Shown here one piece after another: positions 18,776-28,579 of a DNA stretch of 64,000 nt; position 1 is the first letter of the stretch, and the number at the start of each line of letters is the position of its first letter. A program made the translations under genes and the position numbers. The DNA lies in contig CAWINB010000001.1 of NCBI GenBank assembly GCA_963837465.1, positions 437,646-501,645 on the forward strand, read 5' to 3'. Below the pieces are notes generated by a model. That model made no database searches, was not told where the DNA came from, and saw nothing but the letters and a program-made list of their open reading frames with translations. This DNA comes from Candidatus Doudnabacteria bacterium (lineage in GTDB: Bacteria; Patescibacteriota; Doudnabacteria; UBA920).

Positions 18776-19723
18776 TTATTGTCCCAGCGCTTGGGCGTTA
18801 AGCGCGTTTTGGAGGCTTATCAGTTCGGCGTTCATCCATTCCTGGAAACTTGCGTCCGGCGGCTGGATGGTTTCGGTTACGCCGATGACCGGAATCTGCT
18901 CATTTGCCGCCAGAGCTTTCATGCTCTGAGTCAGGGGCGTCACTGTTTGTTCATTATAGACCAAAACCCTTATCTTGCCACTCTTTAACTGGTTCTCAAA
19001 TTCCACCACGCTGGCCGCGGGCGGATCGTTACCCTCGGCCACGGCATCTATAAAAGCGGGCGGGGAAACAAGGTCAAGCCCCGCGGCATCTGCCAGATAG
19101 GCGAAAATAGATTCGGTGGAGGCAACTTCCACGCCGCTGTATTGTTGTTTAATGGCGGCAACGCGGCCTTGGTATCCAGCCAAGCTGGATTGCAGCGTCT
19201 TGTATCGCGCCTGGTAATAGGCGGTGTCCGCCGGATCAATGGAAATAAGATTCTGTTCCATTTGCGCTATAACTGTATTAACGTACGTGGGGCTGTACCA
19301 CATATGCGGATTGTCCCCTTCTTTTTTACCAAGCAAGTCTGCCACGTTCAGAACTTTCTGGTTTGGATTGTTGGAAGCGCTAAGCAGTTTGTCCATCCAG
19401 CTATCGTATCCAGCGCCGTTTTCTATAACATAATCGGCGCTGGAAACGGCGCGGGCGTCGCCGGCGTTGCTTTCGTATTCATGCGGATCGGCATTGGGAT
19501 CGGAAACAATGCTTAAAACCCGCGCGTGAGAACCTCCGATTTGGGAGACGAGACTTCCCCAAAAATTCTCCGCGGCCACCACTTGCAGGACTTTTCCGGA
19601 CGCAGTATCTGCGGGTGCGGGAGCGCTTGCCGTCTGGTTCTGATTGCCGCGCGACAGCAATAAACTCACTCCCACGATCACGACTACAATCGCTAAAACT
19701 GCTATCCAAATTCTTTTATTCAT
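18776..19723 (-). CDS. Zn/Mn ABC transporter substrate-binding protein (ZnuA-like)
   Basis: DPHEYE, NPHMW motifs. Confidence 0.9.
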   Translation of the reverse strand: MNKRIWIAVLAIVVVIVGVSLLLSRGNQNQTASAPAPADTASGKVLQVVAAENFWGSLVSQIGGSHARVLSIVSDPNADPHEYESNAGDARAVSSADYVIENGAGYDSWMDKLLSASNNPNQKVLNVADLLGKKEGDNPHMWYSPTYVNTVIAQMEQNLISIDPADTAYYQARYKTLQSSLAGYQGRVAAIKQQYSGVEVASTESIFAYLADAAGLDLVSPPAFIDAVAEGNDPPAASVVEFENQLKSGKIRVLVYNEQTVTPLTQSMKALAANEQIPVIGVTETIQPPDASFQEWMNAELISLQNALNAQALGQ

Positions 19724-19778
19724 AAAATTCTTAAATTAATTACTTTGGAACCCGTTTTAAAAATAATTTCTTTATCAA

Positions 19779-19807
19779 ATCATAAACGCAAATAATTTGC
19801 GTGTCAA
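19779..19807 (-). promoter_or_regulatory. Promoter with Fur/Zur-type operator
   Basis: TTGACA-N17-TATGAT with palindrome AACGCAAATAATTTGCGTG in the spacer. Confidence 0.75.
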
Positions 19808-19811
19808 ATAA

Positions 19812-21071
19812 CTAATCATCCGGCGTAGAGGTGGCATTGCTTGTGCCCGTAGCGTTATTAGTTGTGGAACTCGCTGCGTCATCAGAAGTTGGTTCAGTTG
19901 TGGACGCTGGTTGGGAAGATAAATCCCGCGGCAAAACATCAACAGCACTGCTGGCCGAAGAACTGGCATCGCTGGCATTTAAAGAGCCCGGCATAGATGA
20001 GGCCGCTGGTGGGCTACCCAAGTTGGCAGAAGGCGCGGCTTGGGACACCACGGAATTAACTGTGGCGCACTTACCGGCTGCTTCCCGCAGCATATTATTG
20101 GCCGAAAACACACAGACCGGTTGGCCGGTAACGGTGTCATAAATTGTAATACCCTCGGGGTCGCCTGGCGAGCCGACTTCCAGGCGCTTGGTCCGGATAA
20201 AATCCGCAGCCAGGGTTTCGACCTTTATGATGTCCTGCTGTATGGAAATTCCCAATTGATTTAAGGCCTGCAAAACCCAGGATACATCCAATAAACTGTT
20301 AATTTTTTGGTCCAGTCCCTGAATGCCGGCCAAAGCTACCCCGGCCGGATCAATGGTGGAAATGGAACTGCTGCTGTCGCCCAGGCCAAAATCGGCGTAA
20401 AAGTCTTCGGCCACCGGCCCCATATGCACTACGTTGGAATTTTCTGTTTTATAGTTCCAGGTATAAACCGGCAGACTGTCGATTTTTGTTAAAATATCGG
20501 CCGGGCTGACTGTGGCGAAATTTTCCTTTAACTCACGGCCGGAGGCATTAGTCCAGTCGTAGCCGTCAAAATTGGCAGTTGAAGCCGGCGATTCTATGGT
20601 CGCGACATTTAAATCGTTGTCCGTAATGCCGGAAGTAAAATTAGCCGGGCCGTCCACTTCCATAGGCGCTCCCGAGTTTACATTCAGGCTGGTTTGGGCG
20701 GTAACATCTCCTCCGGAAAGCTCCGTAAAGCCAGCTATGTTGCCGGGGAGATTATTGTTATAGCTTATGGGAACAGGACCGCCTATTTCGGCGGCCGCGT
20801 CCTGGCCGGGGTCGCCTTTGTCGCCTTGTTGCCCCTTAAGCAGACCCTGTGCCACCAGCGCGTTGACTTCATCAATAACCAGACTGGTTATATAAGCACC
20901 GGTAGGATCCTCTATGACGGAAGTCGCGGGTTTTTTATTTTGCCTGGGAGCAGGAGTATTTTTTTGGGAAATTGGTTTTGGCCTTTGATTTTTGTTTTGG
21001 GCGACAACCGGTGTTAAGGGCAAAAGCAAAGTCAGCGCGGACAAGCTTACGCCCAAAAATATTCTTTTCAT
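19812..21071 (-). CDS. Secreted protein with short collagen-like repeat and peptidase S74 (tail-fibre chaperone) domain
   Basis: Signal peptide, GQQGDKGDPGQD, SGRELKEN...WNYK...HMGPVAEDF. Confidence 0.75.
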   Translation of the reverse strand: MKRIFLGVSLSALTLLLPLTPVVAQNKNQRPKPISQKNTPAPRQNKKPATSVIEDPTGAYITSLVIDEVNALVAQGLLKGQQGDKGDPGQDAAAEIGGPVPISYNNNLPGNIAGFTELSGGDVTAQTSLNVNSGAPMEVDGPANFTSGITDNDLNVATIESPASTANFDGYDWTNASGRELKENFATVSPADILTKIDSLPVYTWNYKTENSNVVHMGPVAEDFYADFGLGDSSSSISTIDPAGVALAGIQGLDQKINSLLDVSWVLQALNQLGISIQQDIIKVETLAADFIRTKRLEVGSPGDPEGITIYDTVTGQPVCVFSANNMLREAAGKCATVNSVVSQAAPSANLGSPPAASSMPGSLNASDASSSASSAVDVLPRDLSSQPASTTEPTSDDAASSTTNNATGTSNATSTPDD

Positions 21072-21094
21072 AGTAAGAAAATTAATTATAAAAG

Positions 21095-21715
21095 TTATTT
21101 TTTAAATGACAAGATTCTAATTTCGGAAAACCAGCCCATCTTTTTAAGGCCAACCGGCTTAAGTCCTGCCTGTGCGGCTAAAGCCTCCACTTCTTTTTTG
21201 GTGTAATATTTTTCAAAATGATACGGTTCCGGGCAGCGGTCCCAGTTATAAAGCCTTTGTTGCCAGCGGTATTTGGGCATAATGTCCGCCACATAAAAAA
21301 TGCCGCCGACAGAAAGCACCCGCGCCGCCTGCCGGAAAACTTCCACGGGCTTTTTGTAATGGTGCAGCGACATGCACGACAAAGCCACTGCAAACCTGCC
21401 GTCCGGATATGGCAGGTGTTCGGCCAAACCGGCGGAAAAAATTCCCCAGGGGTGTTTTCTGGATGCCTGCTCAACGACCGCATCGGACATGTCAATCCCG
21501 TAAAAATCCAAAGCCGGCGAGTGGCCGTAAAACAACTCCAGCATATCGCCCTGGCCGCAGGAAATATCTATAATCGAGCCTTGTTTGGGCAATTCAAACA
21601 AAGACAAAAGTCTTTGCCGCTTACGGCGGGGAAAATATTCCCGGCAGGCCCTGACCGCGGTTAAAAGCTTGCTGATAATTTCATGTTCGGTATTTTGAAA
21701 GGCGATTTTTTCCAT
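21095..21715 (-). CDS. Class I SAM-dependent methyltransferase
   Basis: DISCGQG, GIDMS, AEHLPY, RVL..GG. Confidence 0.85.
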   Translation of the reverse strand: MEKIAFQNTEHEIISKLLTAVRACREYFPRRKRQRLLSLFELPKQGSIIDISCGQGDMLELFYGHSPALDFYGIDMSDAVVEQASRKHPWGIFSAGLAEHLPYPDGRFAVALSCMSLHHYKKPVEVFRQAARVLSVGGIFYVADIMPKYRWQQRLYNWDRCPEPYHFEKYYTKKEVEALAAQAGLKPVGLKKMGWFSEIRILSFKK

Positions 21716-21741
21716 TGGCGACCGATTAATGTCTTAATAAT

Positions 21742-21766
21742 AATGCAACTTATTTGCGTTTGTCAA
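21742..21766 (-). promoter_or_regulatory. Promoter with Fur/Zur-type operator
   Basis: AATGCAACTTATTTGCGTT adjacent to TTGACA on the minus strand. Confidence 0.7.
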
Positions 21767-21816
21767 ATCCGCGAACTTCGCGGTTCATTTTAAAATAGGG
21801 ACGAAATTCGTCCCCG

Positions 21817-22359
21817 TTAGTGCCCGAACAGCATAAAAAATGCGTGCCAGGCGCCGTCCTCTGTACCCTTTAAAACGGGTATTATCCTCCTTTTAAACCA
21901 GCTTTTCCGATGCAGTCTGCCCACTTCATCCCATTGGCTTTCACGTCCATAGGACGTTTTAAGAGGCGTAAACACGACACCGCGTTCGTCAACGGCCAAG
22001 ACAAGGTTTGTTACCGGAAGTTCTTTGTAGTAATCCTTCCACTTCCAGTTAAAGCTAACTTCCTCATCTTTCAGCAGAACGTTCCGCCACCCTCCCTCGG
22101 CTTGCTTGAGCATGCGTTCAGCAGGAACCGAAAAGTGACGTTGGTAGAGGAAAATGATGTCGTAACCCTGCTCGGCGCAGAGAGCATCCCAGTCGTACTC
22201 TTCCTCTTTTTTTGGACGTCTTTTTAATTTGTCCGACGATGATTGATCGTCAAACTTACTCCATCCGCCGCGGTCAACAGGCGGCTGATAAACCGTCTGT
22301 GGTTGGGCCAAAAGCCCGGGCACAGACACCGACAACAACAACCTGTACAGTAACGTCAT
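21817..22359 (-). CDS. Hypothetical protein
   Basis: 180-aa ORF, ATG 6 nt after a -10 hexamer. Confidence 0.6.
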   Translation of the reverse strand: MTLLYRLLLSVSVPGLLAQPQTVYQPPVDRGGWSKFDDQSSSDKLKRRPKKEEEYDWDALCAEQGYDIIFLYQRHFSVPAERMLKQAEGGWRNVLLKDEEVSFNWKWKDYYKELPVTNLVLAVDERGVVFTPLKTSYGRESQWDEVGRLHRKSWFKRRIIPVLKGTEDGAWHAFFMLFGH

Positions 22360-22370
22360 AGCAATATCTT

Positions 22371-22389
22371 AATGCAAATGATTTGCATT
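22371..22389. promoter_or_regulatory. Fur/Zur-type operator overlapping divergent promoters
   Basis: Perfect 9-1-9 palindrome AATGCAAATGATTTGCATT. Confidence 0.75.
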
Positions 22390-22427
22390 TATCAAGAGGC
22401 TGGAGTATAGTCAAATCAGGAGGATTA

Positions 22428-22598
22428 ATGAAGCTCAAAGATGTTTTTCTTTTGCCGATTCTGCTGGGAACAATTTTAGGGCAACCCGGAAGTCATAATT
22501 GCGGGGGGACGTGCGGCATATGCAATCCCCCAAAGAGGGAAATAAAATCCGAAGGACAAGAAGATCAGCAAAACCAAGACTATGAGGGCGGCGGCTAA
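22428..22598 (+). CDS. Small Cys-rich membrane peptide (HNCGGTCGIC), 56 aa
   Basis: AGGAGG SD before ATG 22428; TTGCAT-N17-TATAGT promoter. Confidence 0.65.
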   Translation: MKLKDVFLLPILLGTILGQPGSHNCGGTCGICNPPKREIKSEGQEDQQNQDYEGGG

Positions 22599-22653
22599 GC
22601 CACGGCCGCCCTATCTTCACCCACTTGGTAATTTATGGTAGTATTTAAAAGCT

Positions 22654-23082
22654 ATGGAAAAAAACTGCAAACAGCATACATCCGAATCAAAACAACAGTT
22701 AAAAACCGGCGGCCTTAAAATAACGTCCGCCCGCCTGGGGCTTTTGGATATTCTCAAGCACGCCAAAAAGCCTCTGTCCATAAAAGACATCGCCAAAAAA
22801 ATGGCCCGGAGCAATGTGGATTTGGTCACGCTTTACAGGAATGTGGATTCGTTAAAAAATTTAGGCGCTATTAAACAAATAAATTTAAAAGACAAGCAGT
22901 CCTACTACGAGCTTGCGGGCGGCATCCACCATCACCACCTTGTCTGCACCAATTGCGGAAAAATGGCCGATGTGGAACTGCCGGAAACATCTTTAAACAA
23001 AACCGCGCTAAAAAAACACGGCTTCGCCAAAATTACGGACCACAGTTTGGAGTTTTTTGGAATTTGTTCTAAATGCAATTAA
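22654..23082 (+). CDS. Fur-family transcriptional repressor (Zur-like)
   Basis: LKIT..R, TLYRN, HHHHLVCTNCG, C-terminal CSKC. Confidence 0.92.
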   Translation: MEKNCKQHTSESKQQLKTGGLKITSARLGLLDILKHAKKPLSIKDIAKKMARSNVDLVTLYRNVDSLKNLGAIKQINLKDKQSYYELAGGIHHHHLVCTNCGKMADVELPETSLNKTALKKHGFAKITDHSLEFFGICSKCN

Positions 23083-23119
23083 GAAGCTGTTTTAAAAACA
23101 AATGGACAGTTTTTTGGAA

Positions 23120-23184
23120 ACGGATAACACTGATAATTACGCATTCTATCCGTGTTATCTGTTTTAAATCCGTGTCATCTGTGT
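23120..23184. repeat. Inverted array of about 9-nt units (ACGGAT.../ATCCGTGT)
   Basis: ACGGATAACACTGAT...ATCCGTGTTATCTG...ATCCGTGTCATCTGTG. Confidence 0.6.
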
Positions 23185-23232
23185 TTATGTTCTGTACAAA
23201 CCTGTCCCAAAATAAGTTCACAATTATTTTAT

Positions 23233-23685
23233 ATGGACAAGCTAAAAAAATTTGACTTTGCGGTTTTAAATTTTGTTAAGCGGCACGATATTTTATTCGC
23301 GCGGATGGCAATTTTTATTGTCTATTTTTGGTTTGGGGCCTTAAAACTCTTTGGGGTAAGCCCGGCGGACCCGCTGGTGGAAAACTTGCTAAAACACACT
23401 TTGCCGTTCATCAGCTTCCAGCATTTTATAATTTTGTTCGCCCTGTTTGAAATGCTCATTGGCATTCTGTTTTTAATCCCCGGCCTGGAACGCCTGGCCG
23501 CCGCTTTGCTGGTCATCCACCTTATTACAACTTTTTTGCCGCTCATACTTTTGCCCTCCGAAACCTGGCAGGCATTTTTAGTGCCGACTCTTGAAGGGCA
23601 GTATATTATTAAAAACGTTTTAATTATCGCCCTGGCTTTGGTTATAACCGCCAGGATTGATTTTATGGCCGCTAAAAAATCCTGA
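23233..23685 (+). CDS. DoxX-like membrane protein
   Basis: WFGALK..G.SPA, PTLEGQYIIKN motifs. Confidence 0.7.
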   Translation: MDKLKKFDFAVLNFVKRHDILFARMAIFIVYFWFGALKLFGVSPADPLVENLLKHTLPFISFQHFIILFALFEMLIGILFLIPGLERLAAALLVIHLITTFLPLILLPSETWQAFLVPTLEGQYIIKNVLIIALALVITARIDFMAAKKS

Positions 23686-23688
23686 CAA

Positions 23689-24582
23689 ATGCAAAGTACT
23701 TTAAATCAAAAAGTGTCCCTTGCTAATATCCTGGGCAAAGCCCTGGGGATTTTATGGCTGATTGACGGGCTGCTGCAGCTGCAGCCAAAAATGTTCGGCG
23801 CGGATTTCATTAACAATGTGCTGGCGCCAAACCTAAGCGGCCAACCCGGGTTTATGCGCGCGTTAATTGATTTTGGCATACGCGTATTTAGTTTCAACAT
23901 CGCGACTGCCAACTGGATTGCGGCGTTGCTACAAATAGCCATTGGGGTTTTATTATTGTTTCCCATTGCGGGCAAAAAATTTAAAGCGGGTTTGTATTTA
24001 TCCATTGTCTGGGGATTAATAGTCTGGATATTTGGCGAGGGCCTGGGCAATCTTCTCACGGGTTCCGCCAGCTTTTACACCGGAGCGCCGGGTTCGGCTT
24101 TGGTTTACGCGCTCATCGCGACATTCCTTTTGATGCCGGAAAAGATTGACCGCAAATTTTTTGCCAAAATCGCGGCGGCAATATTATTTATGGGCGCGGC
24201 TTTACAGCTCCAGCTGATGTTTTGGAATTCTGATGGAACACAAACGATGTTTCAACTCTCCGCTTCCGATCCCGTACACGCGATAAACTCTTTGCCCGCT
24301 ATTATTTCCAATTCCCTATCCGCTCATCCAATTGAGTTTAACTGGCTCTTGATTATTCTGCCTCTGTTGTTAGCAATCGCGCTATGGCTCAAACCCAATA
24401 AAACAACAGCCGCCACAACCATCATCTTCCTGTTTTTTGTCTGGTGGCTGGGCCAGGATTTCGGCGGCCTCTCAACAATTTGGCTTGGAACCGCCACCGA
24501 CCCAAACACCGCCCCGCTTATAATGCTGCTTGTGCTACCTTTGTTCCTGCGGAATGATGACACTCCCCGTAAACAAGACTAA
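23689..24582 (+). CDS. Multi-pass membrane protein
   Basis: LGILWLIDGLLQLQP.MF, ATDPNTAP; many TM helices. Confidence 0.75.
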   Translation: MQSTLNQKVSLANILGKALGILWLIDGLLQLQPKMFGADFINNVLAPNLSGQPGFMRALIDFGIRVFSFNIATANWIAALLQIAIGVLLLFPIAGKKFKAGLYLSIVWGLIVWIFGEGLGNLLTGSASFYTGAPGSALVYALIATFLLMPEKIDRKFFAKIAAAILFMGAALQLQLMFWNSDGTQTMFQLSASDPVHAINSLPAIISNSLSAHPIEFNWLLIILPLLLAIALWLKPNKTTAATTIIFLFFVWWLGQDFGGLSTIWLGTATDPNTAPLIMLLVLPLFLRNDDTPRKQD

Positions 24583-24656
24583 AATTAGTAAAATTTACCA
24601 ATGAGTAAAATTAGGCAAGGCTTAAAATAATTTTTTCAATAATCAACTTTTCATTT

Positions 24657-24947
24657 ATGGCGTTCCAAGAAAATAAACCACAGCCCCCGCAAAGTGAACA
24701 TGGAGAAATACAAAAACAAGCTCCCGAATCGCAAGAGCAGCGGAAAGAAAGTTTAGGGGACAAAATTAAACGCTTCGCCGGACGAATAAGCGAGCGTTTC
24801 GGTCAATTTGGGCAAAGAAAGCAATCTGCTGAATCTAATTTGGGCGCTGTTGTTGAATGGGCGCGTGAAAACAACGGGTTAATTTACAAAGAGGACGGGC
24901 ATACAAAACTTGCCGGACAAACTATCAAAGAACTGTTAGGCGAATAG
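24657..24947 (+). CDS. Hypothetical protein
   Basis: 96-aa ORF. Confidence 0.55.
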   Translation: MAFQENKPQPPQSEHGEIQKQAPESQEQRKESLGDKIKRFAGRISERFGQFGQRKQSAESNLGAVVEWARENNGLIYKEDGHTKLAGQTIKELLGE

Positions 24948-24976
24948 CCCAACTTTATTAACTAACAAACTTTTTT

Positions 24977-25420
24977 ATGTCAAAAAAACGATTTGCCGAA
25001 GCCGCTTTTATGGTCGGTAGTTTATTGGCTGGGGAAGCCGCTGGCCAAAATAAGCAAGCCGAAACTAAAGCACCCCAAAAAACCGAACAAACAAAAAAGG
25101 GAGAAACAGCAGTAGACCCCGAAATTAAAGCAGCCCTTGAGGAGCAGGCAATAAGATTAAAAAATCCGGAAAATGCAAAAGACCCGGGACTGGTTAAATT
25201 TATTGAGCAATCGGCTTATAAGAAAATTGCGAAAATCGTTGTTGAAAGATTGGGCAAATATAACAAACCTGGACTTTTAACAGACCAGCTACAAGCAGAC
25301 CTAAAAGTTGAAGCAAAAAAATTAGGCTTGACTTATGATATGCTCGGCAAATGTATTGAAGCAGCCGATAGCGATAAAGCTTTTTTATACTCTCTTGCTA
25401 AATTAATTCCGATTATATAA
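24977..25420 (+). CDS. Hypothetical exported protein, C-terminus truncated by IS630
   Basis: Frame continues at 26515-26589 once the IS is removed. Confidence 0.65.
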   Translation: MSKKRFAEAAFMVGSLLAGEAAGQNKQAETKAPQKTEQTKKGETAVDPEIKAALEEQAIRLKNPENAKDPGLVKFIEQSAYKKIAKIVVERLGKYNKPGLLTDQLQADLKVEAKKLGLTYDMLGKCIEAADSDKAFLYSLAKLIPII

Positions 25421-26512
25421 TTTCAAAATTAAGAGTTAATAGTGTTTTAAGCTCCGCTTTGTACTGAGATATGTTTTTAAAGAAATCATGTATGGCGATT
25501 GTAAACTCCTGAAAGGTTTTGTAGTACTTGTTGGCTTTAACTTTCTTTTTCATGAATTTCCAGAGGCGTTCAATCAAGTTTAAGTTGGGAGAATACGGCG
25601 GCAGGAACAACAGCTCAATGCCCAGATGTTTCGCTTCCTCGTTGGCCTGCTTGCTATGGTTGTACTTGGCGTTATCCAGGAAAATGTATATGGTTTTAGC
25701 TTTAGGATAATCTTTTCTGACTTCCCCTAAGAATATTGTCATCATTTGCCCGTCACAGTTATCTTCGGTCGTCAAAATAGTGGGTTTAAAAGCTACGGGG
25801 TTGATAGCGCCAATAACAGTTAATCTTTCCCGGCCGCTGTTTGAAGGAACCTTTTTAGTTTCACTTTTACCTTTAAGTTGCCAGCAGTAGCTATTGTCAG
25901 CATTATGGACCAGGTGAGCGGGGTCTAAAAACAGCACGATGCCTTTGTCTTTATCAGCTTTCTTTATGGTTTTAAAGATTAATTTCACAAAATCTTCCTG
26001 GGTCTCTCTGTCAGGCGCGCCGCTGGGAACTATATGGGTTTTTTTGTAAGATAAATTGAGTTTTTTTTACAGCAGCGAAACAGCCAGCTTTGTTCCATCT
26101 CAATTGAATATTTTTCCTTAATCCAGGCCTGCATTTCAGCTAAAGTCGTAATAGTGTTGTCTTTTACATCTTGTTTGATTTGGTCTACATAATCATTAAT
26201 TTTTGACTTCCGTTTATCTTTAAATTGTAGCTTGCGTAGTCCCTGTAGTTTCTCGGATTGATAGATTTTTATCCAGTCTGTAATCGTATCCACGCAGACA
26301 TTAAACGCTTCCGCGATCTCCTGATGGTTTTGCCCCTGGTTCAGTAACTTTATGGCCTCCAGACGGCGCAGAACTCTGACATTTTTTTCCTGTTCCTGAA
26401 GTTGTTTAATCTTTTTAAGCTCACTGACGGACAGTTTTATTTGGTACATTTTGTTAGGGTTAAGGCTCTTGGCCTTATTCTAACATTTCGGAATTAATTT
26501 AGCAAGAGAGTA
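25388..26512 (-). mobile_element. IS630-family insertion sequence
   Basis: Perfect 25-bp TIR TACTCTCTTGCTAAATTAATTCCGA, TA duplication at 25386-87 and 26513-14. Confidence 0.93.
25413..26449 (-). CDS. IS630 transposase (HTH orfA and DDE orfB joined by a -1 frameshift)
   Basis: LDNAKYNH, LPPYSPNLNLIERLW; A8 run at 26061-26068 shifts to KKLNLSYKK. Confidence 0.9.
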
Positions 26513-26684
26513 TACACAGAGTTCAACTTGATTTAGGGGTTTCGGTAGATGACATAAAAGGGCCACCCAACATTTTCAAAAAAGAATAATCAAACTTTTA
26601 CTAAAAACTTATCCAACTGTTTTACCGCATACCCGTAACTTCCAGCGATTTGCACCCAATCCATAGTTCTATAATCGTCCCTAA

Positions 26685-26845
26685 GAAGATGTTTAAAAAG
26701 TGCTTTGTAGGCGAAATTACAGAATTTTGCGCGGATTGACGGAAACAAATTTTGACGTTTAGCCTAAAGCTAAGCGGAAAAATTTTTTCCGGCAAGGCGC
26801 CAAACATTCCGGAATTGCGGCCCAAATGACTTTTTAAACAGCTTC
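26685..26845 (-). mobile_element. 161-bp MITE copy 2
   Basis: Same TIRs; TAA target duplication. Confidence 0.9.
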
Positions 26846-27036
26846 TAAGACCGCTCCACAAAAAACATCATCTTTCGTATGATGTTTTTTGTTTGCGCTT
26901 AAAGGCAATTATGACTCTGAGCTTAAAATTATATGGGAGAGCTGTAGTAGGGAATAAATATCGCCTGATTGACTAAAACCGCCAAAAACTATACAATACA
27001 TCCATAAATCCTACCCCGCAGCCGGGGTATATTTTT

Positions 27037-28500
27037 ATGAACGACAGTGTAATTTTGCGCTTCTCCGGCGTTAGTTATGAATATTCCCACAACAAGCCTA
27101 TTTTAACCGAGGCCGGTTTTAGCGTGCGTAACGGAAGCCGCATAACTTTAATGGGGCAAAACGGCGCGGGCAAAAGCACTTTGTTTAAAATGATAACCGG
27201 GGAAATTAAGCCGCCGGAAGGCAGTATTAGCTTTACACCCAAAGATGTTTCCATAGCAATCGCGCGGCAGGTAATGCCCAAGGAATTTTTGGATTTAAGC
27301 TTAAGGGATTATTTTGCCACGGCGTTTACTGAAACTAAATATAATCTGGATAAATTAATCCGCGAAGTTTTTGAAGTGGTTAACGTTAATCTGCCGCTGG
27401 ACAAAAAGATTAAAGAGTTTTCCGGCGGACAGCAGGCCAGGTTGCTTTTGGCTTACGCGCTCATCCAAAACCCCGACATTTTACTGCTTGACGAGCCAAC
27501 CAATAATTTGGACGCCCAGGGCATTGAACATCTTACCGGATTTTTAATGATGTACGAAAAAACCGTGCTGGTTATTTCCCACGACGCGGATTTTTTAAAC
27601 GCCTTTTCCGACGGCGTGCTTTATTTGGATGTCTTTACCCACAAAATTGAACAGTACAGCGGCAATTATTACGATGTAGTGGAAGAAATAAAAAACCGCA
27701 TTGAGCGGGAAAATTTGCAGAACGCGCGCATGCAGACGGAAATTAAGGAAAAGCGCCAGCAGTCCGAAGTCTTTGCCCACAAAGGCGGCAAACTGCGCGC
27801 CGTGGCCAAACGGATGCGCGAGGCAGCGGAAGAAGCGGAAGAAAGCATGGTGGAAGTGCGGCAGGAAGACAAAACTATCCGCGAATTTGAAATTCCGGTT
27901 CAGGAATTCGACCCGTTTTTTGACGGAAAAATTCTGGAATTCAGCTCCATCTCCGCCATTAAAAACGGCGAAGTAACCAGCAAAGACTTTGCTTTTACAT
28001 TACGCAAAAATACCCATGTTATAATTTCCGGCCCCAACGGCATTGGCAAATCCACTCTGCTGGAAAAGATATCGTCGGGAAAAGGAACCGGATTTACCAT
28101 CGGCAAAGACATCAGGCTGGGCTACTACAAACAGGATTTTTCCAATTTTAATTTCGAGCAAAAAGCCATTGACGCGCTAAAGGAAGTTATGGAAAAATTC
28201 GACGAGCATGCTTTGCGTTCTACCGCAGCGGGTTTCTTGCTGGACGGCAAATTACTGGATCAACCAATCGCCGCCCTGTCCGAAGGACAAAAAGGCCTGC
28301 TGTCCTTTTGTCGCCTTGTACTTATGAAACCGGGGCTACTGATTTTGGACGAACCCACCAACCACATCAACTTCCGCCATCTCCCCATAATCGCCCAAGC
28401 CTTAACCTCCTACAAAGGCGCAATGCTTATGGTTTCCCATATCCCCGATTTTGTTTCGCAGATTCGAACAGATGAAGCAATAGACTTAAGCTCTGTGTAA
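27037..28500 (+). CDS. ABC-F family ATPase
   Basis: Two ABC cassettes (GQNGAGKS/DEPTNNLD and GPNGIGKS/DEPTNH), no TM domain. Confidence 0.9.
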   Translation: MNDSVILRFSGVSYEYSHNKPILTEAGFSVRNGSRITLMGQNGAGKSTLFKMITGEIKPPEGSISFTPKDVSIAIARQVMPKEFLDLSLRDYFATAFTETKYNLDKLIREVFEVVNVNLPLDKKIKEFSGGQQARLLLAYALIQNPDILLLDEPTNNLDAQGIEHLTGFLMMYEKTVLVISHDADFLNAFSDGVLYLDVFTHKIEQYSGNYYDVVEEIKNRIERENLQNARMQTEIKEKRQQSEVFAHKGGKLRAVAKRMREAAEEAEESMVEVRQEDKTIREFEIPVQEFDPFFDGKILEFSSISAIKNGEVTSKDFAFTLRKNTHVIISGPNGIGKSTLLEKISSGKGTGFTIGKDIRLGYYKQDFSNFNFEQKAIDALKEVMEKFDEHALRSTAAGFLLDGKLLDQPIAALSEGQKGLLSFCRLVLMKPGLLILDEPTNHINFRHLPIIAQALTSYKGAMLMVSHIPDFVSQIRTDEAIDLSSV

Positions 28501-28506
28501 ATAAAC

Positions 28507-28534
28507 AAAACTGCCCCAAAAGGGGCAGTTTTTT
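28507..28534. terminator. Bidirectional intrinsic terminator
   Basis: AAAACTGCCCC AAAA GGGGCAGTTTT. Confidence 0.75.
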
Positions 28535-28579
28535 CTAAGCCCTCACCAAATTTTTAAAAATCTACTGTATATAAGACAA

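Noticed and set aside
19812-21071. Prophage
   Set aside because: Only an isolated S74 domain with a signal peptide; no structural, packaging or integrase genes
25388-26512. IS630 as mobiliser of the 161-bp MITE
   Set aside because: TIR sequences and target duplication lengths (2 versus 3 bp) differ
26622-26861. ORFs 26622-26861 and 34280-34570 as genes
   Set aside because: They are read-throughs of the open frames of the MITE
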